Below, piece after piece: positions 1-8,372 of a stretch of 64,000 nt of DNA. The DNA is taken from the sequence record DRR723986_7955; one strand, written 5' to 3'. The notes under the pieces were generated by a model that worked only from the letters and a program-made list of their open reading frames with translations, was not told the origin of the DNA and ran no database searches. Both the position numbers and the translations under genes were made by a program. Within the stretch, counting starts at the first letter, position 1; each line of letters begins with the position of its first letter.

Positions 1-3000
1 ATCTATTGGATCTTGTGGTCCATAAGTACCTGTAGCAGTAACCGTTGGAACTGTATCATCATCTAATACACAAGTTAAATCTACATCTTCTGGGCAAGAA
101 ATTACCGGAGGAGTTGTGTCATTACCAGCGTAGTTAAACTTAAGCATTGCTGCTTTGTTGTTACATAGATCTGATATAAACACATCGTAAGTTACAATCC
201 AGCTAGCATCTGTACCAGCTGGCTTTCTTACAATACTGATAATTAAATCCTCGTTAGCTGTACAGTTATCTTCAAACAAGGCTCTAATTACTTCGTCAGT
301 AATTAATTCTTGTCCTGGATCTGTATCTCTACAACCTTCTAATCCATTAATGTATGAATCTGGAGGTGTACCTACTAACATTGGAGGCATTGTATCTTCA
401 CCTGTGTAAGTTACTGTTAAGTTTTCAGCAAAGTTTCCACAAGAATCGCTAATAGAGAATCCGTATGTTACAGACCATCCTTCGCAATCATCACCTGTAG
501 TCACTGTCTCTAATGGCTCAACGATTACACTTTCATCACAGTTATCTTCATATAAATCCATGATGTCTTCTACCTTTGGTGCATCTGGTACAGAAGCTAA
601 GCACTGTAAACCATCTTCACCAACTGGTACCACAGCACCATCAACTAATGTTGGAGCCGATTGATCTCTACCGTTGTAGAATAACTTCACTGGTGCATCT
701 ACTTCATTACCACAGTCATCTGACACTATAATGGTGTACATGATTGACCAGTAACACTCATCGTCAGATCCTGGAAGTATTTTACTTGTAATATCTAAAT
801 GAATAGGTAAACTACAATTATCTACGTATAAGCTTGCAATATCAAGGCCTTCTACTATAGAAGCTGTTGCTTCTAAAGCATCACCAGGACAAAGATCCAT
901 ATTAGACTGACCCATTGGCAATACTGCGCCTGGTGCTAATGTTGGTGCTTCTATATCTTGTACTGTTATTGTCTGTACTTGATTTGCAGCTGCATTATCA
1001 CAATCATCTACTAATGACCATGTTCTGTTGATAATATAGTTACCTGCACAATCTCCTGGTGTAATTGTATCTGAATACGTCGCTTCTAAGTTCATAGAGC
1101 AGTTATCCATTTCATCAGATACGTCACCCGTTAATAGAAGATCTTCACTATTGTCTGTACAGTCAATAGTTAAATCTGCTGGTCTTGTAAATGTAGGTGC
1201 TATATTATCAGTTACAGTAATAATCTGTACCTGATCTGCTGCTGCATTATTACACTCGTCTACTAAAGACCATGTACGTGTAATTACTTTGCTACCTGTA
1301 CAAGGTCCGTCTGTAATAACATCGTTATATGTAGCTTGTAAATCAGCTGAACAGTTGTCTGCTTCATCTTCTACATCACCTGTTGCCTCTGGACTTGCGT
1401 CATAAGCACAATGAGCATCTGTAAAGATCTCCGTATTAGCTGGTGCTGTAAATGTTGGTGCTACAATATCTTGTACTGTAATCACTTGTGATGCTGACGT
1501 AGATAAACCACATGCATCAATAGCTGTCCATGTACGTGTTAACGTATAGTTGTTTGGACAATCACCATCAGTTCTTACTTCACCATTGTAAACGATTGTT
1601 ACGTCGCTACAATCATCTGCAGAAACGATACAAGCTATATCACCTTCGTTACCATTACCTGGATCTACTCCTGGAGGAACTACGATAGTTTGACCTGCAT
1701 TAGCAGCTCCTGGAGTTTCAGCTGTAGGACCAGACCATGTAAAGTCTGCATACGCTGAACCTGTACCTGTTAATTGTAATGATTCTCCTATTGCAGTACT
1801 AGACCCTTCAGAAAGACCTATATCAGTAGACATAACACCATCTGCTGGTCCACCAACACCTGTAAAGGCTCCTTCATAACTTAAGAACTGTACTAATACA
1901 TCTGAAGCATCAGCTAAGGCTATACCATCAGGTGCTCCATTTTGAATTCCAGCTCTTGGAATTACATAATAGTAAACACCACCGGCTTCAGTACCTGTAC
2001 CAAGAACAGTATCAAAGTAAGATGATCCGCTTGAGCTAGAACCGTTATATAAGTATAATTTGTAAGCTGAAGCATCAAAATTAGCTGCAACTTCAACAAA
2101 CTCACCTTGATCTCCACCATCATTATCATAATGGAACTCATTGATCCAAGCCGTTGGCTCAGGTCCATTTCCGTTACCACCATCTTGGTCGCATACTGTT
2201 GGTACCATATCACACTCTACAGTAACATCTGCAGGAACTGTGATTGTTGGTGCAATAGTATCTTCTATAGTAAACGTTGCAGTTGTTGAGCTAGTGTTAC
2301 CACACTCATCAGTAGCTGTAAATGTTACATCTACGGAACCTGTAGCGCCACAATCATCGCTTAATGAAGCGCAATCTGCTGGTCCCTGATCAGAACATAC
2401 TAATCGTATACCTGGTACAACAAAATTACTACCATTTCCATCTTGAGTTCCTTCTAACATTGTAAAAATACCTTGTGACCAAGTTTCATTTTCATTATTA
2501 TAGAAGAAATTCTCTAATGCAAGAGCATTATGTGTAAATTCTATATGATAGAAATTACCAGTAGTTAAGGTGATTGGTGTGAAATTGAAATCTACCCATT
2601 CTAAACCATTTGTAGAAACAGTTTGAGATCCACTTGCTAGTACAGTTTGTCCTGCAGTAACTTGACCTTCAAGCTGAGTTACTTGAGCTAATTCAAATGA
2701 TACTTCTGTATCTAGAACATTAAACCAAACACCAACACTTGAAACTTCGGTATCTTCAGTTACTTCAAATACTATTCCTCGACCACCGGAGTATAAATCG
2801 TTAAAATTAGTAGTAAATACAACACCGTTATCAGCAATATCATTTGGTGGTACAAATTCTGCACATATCGTTGATGGTTCACCATTACCTTGATGATCTG
2901 GACAAGGCTCTGCACTAAAGTTATTAGACCATGTTACAGGACCACAGTTATCTGTAGCTAATGCTCCACCATTGTTAGCTAACCATGCATTTAATGCATC

Positions 3001-6000
3001 AGTGTTACCTTCACCATCGCACTCTACAGTTTTATCCTCAGCTTCCATATCTATAGTTGGAGGTGTAGTATCTACAATAGTAATAGTCTGTATTAACGTA
3101 TATGAGTTATCACAGTCATCTACTAATGTCCATATACGTTTAATAGAGCTTTCGTTAGGGCAATCACCTGGGATTACTTCATCCGTAAATGTTGCTTCTA
3201 AACTTGGCGCACTACAAGCATCTGACTCATCAGTAACATCACCTGTTAACGTAAGATCTAATGGATCTTGGTCACACTCTATAGTAATGTCTGCTGGTAC
3301 AGAGAATATTGGGTCTGTAGTATCTTCAATTGTAAACGTTGCCGTTGTAGAAGATGCGTTACCACAATCATCAGTAGCTGTAAATGTTACTGTTACATCA
3401 CCTGTAGCACCACAAAGGTCACTAAATGTTATACAGTCAGCTTCTGCAGCCTCTATGACAATACTGCCTAATGCATCATAAGCAGCATCAAAAGAAGGAT
3501 CAACATTAGCATTACGACCTCTAACTCGGAAACCATACTGAATTTGACCCGCATCTACTTGCGTATTGTTATAAGCTATTGAAAATTCACCAGCAGATAA
3601 CGGTACTGAAATTTCTTCTAATAACGCAGAGAAATCAGCATTAAATATTCTGATAAATACAAATGCTTCATATTCAGAATCTAATGTATAACTAGAAACA
3701 TTTCCATTGAATGAGAATGATTGACCTATTAATGAGTTATCACCAATAAATGTACTAACATCCATATATTTATTACCTAATAAATTTCCAGTTTGCCAGA
3801 ACGGAGCTGGGTCACCAATTCTATTAGGCTTAAGTGTAACTGTATTTGCATTAGCATCAAGTAATACAACAGCATCAGCTACTCCCCATCCTGAAGAGAA
3901 TACACCTGCACCTGGGTTACCATTTGAATCCGTCTCAGACACAGTCATAAATGAAGCCCAAGGACCTGCAGCGTCTACAGTACGTGCATTTGGATTACAG
4001 TAGTTGTAGTTATTAGACCAAACCACATCGCTACACTCATCTGAAGCAGAAGCTCCTCCATTACTTGCCAACCATGCATTAAACTGGTCTAAGTTACCCG
4101 CACCATCACACTCAACAGTTTCGTTTTCTGCTGGTGCATCAATTGTTGGAGCTGTAATATCTCTAATTGTAAATGTAGCTGATGTAGAACTTGCGTTACC
4201 ACACTCATCTGTAGCTGTAAATGTTACAGTTGCAGAACCAGTTTCACCACATAAATCACTTAGTGATACGCATGGTGTAATTACATTTAATTGCACATCA
4301 TCAATACCAAATCCTGCAGGACCAGTAAAGTTTTCTGGGATATCTGCAACGAATTTAATTGTCAATGTATTTCCTTCATTACCTGTAAAACAAGGTAGCA
4401 TATCTACACTTCTTGCTTCCCAACCATCACTTTCTTCATCACCTGTAAAAGATTCTGTTAATAGTGTTGTAGTTGTATCCGTATTGGCATCATACTTTTC
4501 TACTATGAATGTTCTATTTAATCCTCCGAATGACATTTCATATGCTTCCATCCAAGACAAATTCGCCGCAGTTACACCTGCTGGTACAACCACTGACTGT
4601 TCCATTGTATAAACAGCTGGTCCATAACCATCAAATGCTGTATAAGACGCATAAGATCCTTCACTTGGAGAACCTACATCTAGACAAGTACTTCCACCAA
4701 TGGCAACCGTCCATGGTTGAGAACATTCCTCGCCACCTTCACCTTGACCTTCATTATCAGTTTCAGTAAAATTAAACGTCCAACCAGACTCATCACCATT
4801 TTCGAAACCACCGTTAACCATAAGGTTTTGAGTTTCTCCTTGATGGCCACAATAGTTATGAGACCATGTTACTTCACCACAGTTATCTGTAGCTTCTGCA
4901 CCACCGTTACTCGCTAACCATGCTGCTAAATCTGCTTGGTTACCATTACCGTCACAATCTACAACCATGTCCATTGCAGCTGGTGCAATTACTGGCGCAT
5001 GTGTATCTTGTACTTCGATAGTTTGTGTTTTTGTATCGGTATTATTACAGTTATCCGTAGCTGTCCATGTACGCTTAATTGTGTACGTTTGAGGACATGA
5101 GCCTGGGATAATCTCTTCTAATACTTCTGAGATCTCTACCTGTAAATCACAGTTATCTGTTGCAGATACTGGTCCTACTTCTGGCACTGAATCACACTCT
5201 ACTGTCACATCTGCAGGAATCGTTAATACAGGATCTGTTGTATCTTGTACTATGATTGTTTGCGTTGCAGTAACTGAGTTACCTGCACAATCTTCTGCTT
5301 TCCATGATCTGAAGATATAGTAGTTATCTGTACAGTCTCCTGCTTCGATTTTCTCATCGATAAATGTTACTTCTACATTGTCATCACAGTTATCTGTTGC
5401 CGTTGCTGCACCTTCATCTAATACTGGTACTGAATCACACTCTACAGTTGTGTTTGCCGGTATTGTTAGTACTGGGTCTGTATTATCCTCTACTGTAATA
5501 ACCTGTGTCTTCTGAACTTGGTTTCCTGAGCAATCTTCTGCTATCCAGATTCTGAACAACTTATACGTATCATCACAATCATCTCCATCGTCATCTACTA
5601 AGTTTTCACTTACAAATGTTACTGTTACATTTAAATCACAGTTATCTGTTGCTGTCGCAGTACCTACTGGTGGTACAGCATCACACTCTACTGTTTCATC
5701 TGCTGGTACAGTTAATACAGGATCGATATTATCTAATACTGTAATACGTTGCTCTTGTGGAGCTGCTGCGTTATCACAGTTATCTGTTAATGTCCATGTT
5801 CTTGTGATTACATACTCACCTGGGCAGTCACCTGGCTCTGTTACATCTGTGTACGCCGGTGATAGATCTGTAGAACAGTTATCAGCTACATCTGTTGGCA
5901 CACCTGTAATCTCTGTTGATGCATCATAAGAACAATCTTCTTTTGTGTAAATGGTAATATCTGCTGGTCTTACAAATGTAGGTGCAGTATTATCTTTTAC

Positions 6001-8040
6001 ATAGATATATTGTACTTGGTTAGGTGCAGAGTTTTCACATGCATCTTTTAAAGTCCAAGTTCTTTCGATTACTAACTCTCCTTCGCAATCACCAACGATA
6101 AGTTTATCTACTGGCTTAGCGTCTACTGGATTGTTACAATTATCCATTTCGTCTGTTACATCACCTGTAATATCTGGTGTTGCTACATACTCACAGTTCT
6201 CATCTGTGTATACTGTAAAATCTGCAGGCGCTGTAAAGGTTGGCGCTGTATCATCGATTACTACATATGAACATGTAAATGTCCCTGATATATTTCCGCA
6301 GTTGTCCTCTGCTACAAATGTTATTGTTAATTCATTGTTACATGAATCTTGAGTTGCTGTTTTGTCAGTAACTCTAATTGTTAATTCTGAATCTGCTGCA
6401 CAGTTGTCTGATACGCATCCACTTAAAGGATCAATTGATGCGCCTCCAACGGTCCATCCTGTATTAACATCGATCTCATCTCCAACATTTAATGAAATCA
6501 TTGCATCTGCTGGGCAATCGTACCCTTCTGATGTTCTAATCTCAAGTGCGTCAAGCTGACACCCTAAATCAAATACTGGTGCTGTGGTATCTATAACATT
6601 AACCGTTTGTGATGCCGAAATTGAACGACCACATTCATCTTCAAATGAATAAGAAACAACAAAAGAACCACAGTTTTCTGTGATTGCTGTATACTCTGGC
6701 TCTGCTTCACCATATATGGCGCAAGCTCCACCTTCAACACCATTTGAATAGCCTAGGTTAGCTGGAACGTAGTTCGCTAAGTCTTCACAACTTAAATCTA
6801 CTTCTGGCGCTAACTCATCAAATTCTGCTGCTGGTGCTGGTGATACAGTAATCGTCTGCATTTGCACATCTTTATTACCACAATCATCATAAGCGGTCCA
6901 TGTTCTTGTGATAAATCCACCTTCGCATGCAATACCAAGGTTTTCGTAGTTTACAAATACTGTAATCTCCAATTCTAAATCACAGTTATCTGTAGCCGTT
7001 GGGCCTTGATTTTTCTTTGGTAGTGGTGGTATCTCATCGATACAATCTACAGTAATATCTTCTGGCACACCTGCTAATACTGGTGGAGTTGTATCTCTAC
7101 CTGAATACTTAATTGTAAATGGTGGGTACTCATTACCACAATCATCTACAACTGAATATGTATACTCTGCCATCCACTTACAGTTATCGCCTTTTGAGAA
7201 CCCTGTTTTAGTTACATTAGTTTCTGTAATTACTGAACAGTTATCTTTAAATAATTCCGCTATTTCTGCTTCTGTTGGCCCTTGTTGCTTATCTAAAAAG
7301 CAAAAAGGAGAATTTAAATCCCCATCTGGTATTACTCTATTCTTTTTTAATTTTGGTGCTTCTATATCACCTCCTGAATACACTACTTTTACATCTTCTT
7401 CGTACTGATTTCCACAGTCATCTGAAATGTAATACGTGTAAGTGATTGTCCATGCACAATCTGTGCTAGTTGGATCTAACTCTGCTACCTTAGTAACATT
7501 AATTGGTTTTAACACCGTACAGTTGTCTGTAAACTGAGCTACAATCTCTGCTTCGTCTGGTCCATCTGGGATGGCATCTAAACAGAAATTAAGCCCTTCT
7601 ACATTAGCTGGTATTGTACCACTTAACTGTGGTGCTGACTGATCCGCTCCTCTAAAGATAGTCTTTAAAGTAATTGGGTCATTGTCACCACACAATATAG
7701 TGTAGGTATAAATTACCTGCCACTCACAGTCATCACCAGTGGTATCGGCTGATACTGTAAAGGTTAATTCTTCGCCATCGCATTCGGTTGCGTATAGCTG
7801 TTCTAAGTCTTCCTGAGTAAATTGAGGCTCAGGCGCATCGGCCAGACAGCGATCTAATATCACTGACCTTGCTGATGTTTGTCCGAACGTCGACCCTACA
7901 CTAAACAACATTAGCATGACAACCATTAAGGTCTTCACGCTACTTGCTTGTTTGGCAATAGAATCAATGTTACAACACGATAAATTCATGATAGATTGCC
8001 AAGATTTGACAAATCCAACATGTCGGGTAAAATTGTTCAT
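1..8040 (-). CDS. Giant secreted Cys-rich HYR-like repeat surface protein/adhesin (>=2680 aa, 3' end runs off the window), with four inserted passenger domains
   Basis: Manual translation: ATG at 8040 (MNNFTRHVGF...LMVVMLMLFSVGSTFG/Q; alternative ATG at 8046). The same frame is open at position 1 (..DTTPPVISCPEDVDLTCVLDDDTVPTVTATGTYGPQDPID). The ORF track lists no stop-terminated ORF in this frame, consistent with no internal stop. Recurrent motifs DxTAP-x-PADxTVECD...DNC...C...RTWTAxDxCGN...QxITVxD. A T9SS C-terminal signal is plausible but lies outside the window. Confidence 0.92.
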   Translation of the reverse strand, partial: MNNFTRHVGFVKSWQSIMNLSCCNIDSIAKQASSVKTLMVVMLMLFSVGSTFGQTSARSVILDRCLADAPEPQFTQEDLEQLYATECDGEELTFTVSADTTGDDCEWQVIYTYTILCGDNDPITLKTIFRGADQSAPQLSGTIPANVEGLNFCLDAIPDGPDEAEIVAQFTDNCTVLKPINVTKVAELDPTSTDCAWTITYTYYISDDCGNQYEEDVKVVYSGGDIEAPKLKKNRVIPDGDLNSPFCFLDKQQGPTEAEIAELFKDNCSVITETNVTKTGFSKGDNCKWMAEYTYSVVDDCGNEYPPFTIKYSGRDTTPPVLAGVPEDITVDCIDEIPPLPKKNQGPTATDNCDLELEITVFVNYENLGIACEGGFITRTWTAYDDCGNKDVQMQTITVSPAPAAEFDELAPEVDLSCEDLANYVPANLGYSNGVEGGACAIYGEAEPEYTAITENCGSFVVSYSFEDECGRSISASQTVNVIDTTAPVFDLGCQLDALEIRTSEGYDCPADAMISLNVGDEIDVNTGWTVGGASIDPLSGCVSDNCAADSELTIRVTDKTATQDSCNNELTITFVAEDNCGNISGTFTCSYVVIDDTAPTFTAPADFTVYTDENCEYVATPDITGDVTDEMDNCNNPVDAKPVDKLIVGDCEGELVIERTWTLKDACENSAPNQVQYIYVKDNTAPTFVRPADITIYTKEDCSYDASTEITGVPTDVADNCSTDLSPAYTDVTEPGDCPGEYVITRTWTLTDNCDNAAAPQEQRITVLDNIDPVLTVPADETVECDAVPPVGTATATDNCDLNVTVTFVSENLVDDDGDDCDDTYKLFRIWIAEDCSGNQVQKTQVITVEDNTDPVLTIPANTTVECDSVPVLDEGAATATDNCDDNVEVTFIDEKIEAGDCTDNYYIFRSWKAEDCAGNSVTATQTIIVQDTTDPVLTIPADVTVECDSVPEVGPVSATDNCDLQVEISEVLEEIIPGSCPQTYTIKRTWTATDNCNNTDTKTQTIEVQDTHAPVIAPAAMDMVVDCDGNGNQADLAAWLASNGGAEATDNCGEVTWSHNYCGHQGETQNLMVNGGFENGDESGWTFNFTETDNEGQGEGGEECSQPWTVAIGGSTCLDVGSPSEGSYASYTAFDGYGPAVYTMEQSVVVPAGVTAANLSWMEAYEMSFGGLNRTFIVEKYDANTDTTTTLLTESFTGDEESDGWEARSVDMLPCFTGNEGNTLTIKFVADIPENFTGPAGFGIDDVQLNVITPCVSLSDLCGETGSATVTFTATDECGNASSTSATFTIRDITAPTIDAPAENETVECDGAGNLDQFNAWLASNGGASASDECSDVVWSNNYNYCNPNARTVDAAGPWASFMTVSETDSNGNPGAGVFSSGWGVADAVVLLDANANTVTLKPNRIGDPAPFWQTGNLLGNKYMDVSTFIGDNSLIGQSFSFNGNVSSYTLDSEYEAFVFIRIFNADFSALLEEISVPLSAGEFSIAYNNTQVDAGQIQYGFRVRGRNANVDPSFDAAYDALGSIVIEAAEADCITFSDLCGATGDVTVTFTATDDCGNASSTTATFTIEDTTDPIFSVPADITIECDQDPLDLTLTGDVTDESDACSAPSLEATFTDEVIPGDCPNESSIKRIWTLVDDCDNSYTLIQTITIVDTTPPTIDMEAEDKTVECDGEGNTDALNAWLANNGGALATDNCGPVTWSNNFSAEPCPDHQGNGEPSTICAEFVPPNDIADNGVVFTTNFNDLYSGGRGIVFEVTEDTEVSSVGVWFNVLDTEVSFELAQVTQLEGQVTAGQTVLASGSQTVSTNGLEWVDFNFTPITLTTGNFYHIEFTHNALALENFFYNNENETWSQGIFTMLEGTQDGNGSNFVVPGIRLVCSDQGPADCASLSDDCGATGSVDVTFTATDECGNTSSTTATFTIEDTIAPTITVPADVTVECDMVPTVCDQDGGNGNGPEPTAWINEFHYDNDGGDQGEFVEVAANFDASAYKLYLYNGSSSSGSSYFDTVLGTGTEAGGVYYYVIPRAGIQNGAPDGIALADASDVLVQFLSYEGAFTGVGGPADGVMSTDIGLSEGSSTAIGESLQLTGTGSAYADFTWSGPTAETPGAANAGQTIVVPPGVDPGNGNEGDIACIVSADDCSDVTIVYNGEVRTDGDCPNNYTLTRTWTAIDACGLSTSASQVITVQDIVAPTFTAPANTEIFTDAHCAYDASPEATGDVEDEADNCSADLQATYNDVITDGPCTGSKVITRTWSLVDECNNAAADQVQIITVTDNIAPTFTRPADLTIDCTDNSEDLLLTGDVSDEMDNCSMNLEATYSDTITPGDCAGNYIINRTWSLVDDCDNAAANQVQTITVQDIEAPTLAPGAVLPMGQSNMDLCPGDALEATASIVEGLDIASLYVDNCSLPIHLDITSKILPGSDDECYWSIMYTIIVSDDCGNEVDAPVKLFYNGRDQSAPTLVDGAVVPVGEDGLQCLASVPDAPKVEDIMDLYEDNCDESVIVEPLETVTTGDDCEGWSVTYGFSISDSCGNFAENLTVTYTGEDTMPPMLVGTPPDSYINGLEGCRDTDPGQELITDEVIRALFEDNCTANEDLIISIVRKPAGTDASWIVTYDVFISDLCNNKAAMLKFNYAGNDTTPPVISCPEDVDLTCVLDDDTVPTVTATGTYGPQDPID

Positions 8041-8372
8041 AAACATAACATTTGGTTTTAATTAAAAATATTTAACACTTAATATATTAACAACTACATT
8101 TCTGCAGATAAAAATATTCGTAATAACAAAAATCACCTGAGGTAAAGCCTCAAATAATAATTGGTTTAATGAATAAACATCCAGTAAACTATAAAGTGCT
8201 AATAATCAATCGTTATGCTATTAAACAATTGTAAATGTGTAAGAAAAATTATCTTGAAAGTAATCAAGTCTCACGATAACTTATAATTCAAATGTAAGAG
8301 GAATGTGAATGTATTGCAAATAAAATTATCATTTTTATTAACATTTTACCCTTCATCATTAACAAGTTGTAT

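Noticed and set aside
4321-4450. ACC(T/A)GTAAA recurring at exact 60-nt spacing (4321, 4381, 4441)
   Set aside because: Encodes Phe-Thr-Gly three times inside a coding domain; only about 9 nt match, too short for a CRISPR or tandem repeat.
1962-6559. Short ORFs in the track (e.g. 2141-2389, 2972-3481, 6131-6352 on +; 1962-2213 on -)
   Set aside because: Antisense or off-frame shadows of the giant minus-strand gene; Ser/Val-rich translations typical of mirror frames, with no independent motifs.
8138-8152. Small hairpin TGAGG-TAAAG-CCTCA upstream of the giant gene as a riboswitch or invertible switch
   Set aside because: Only a 5-bp stem, no recognisable aptamer, no flanking long inverted repeats and no recombinase in the window.
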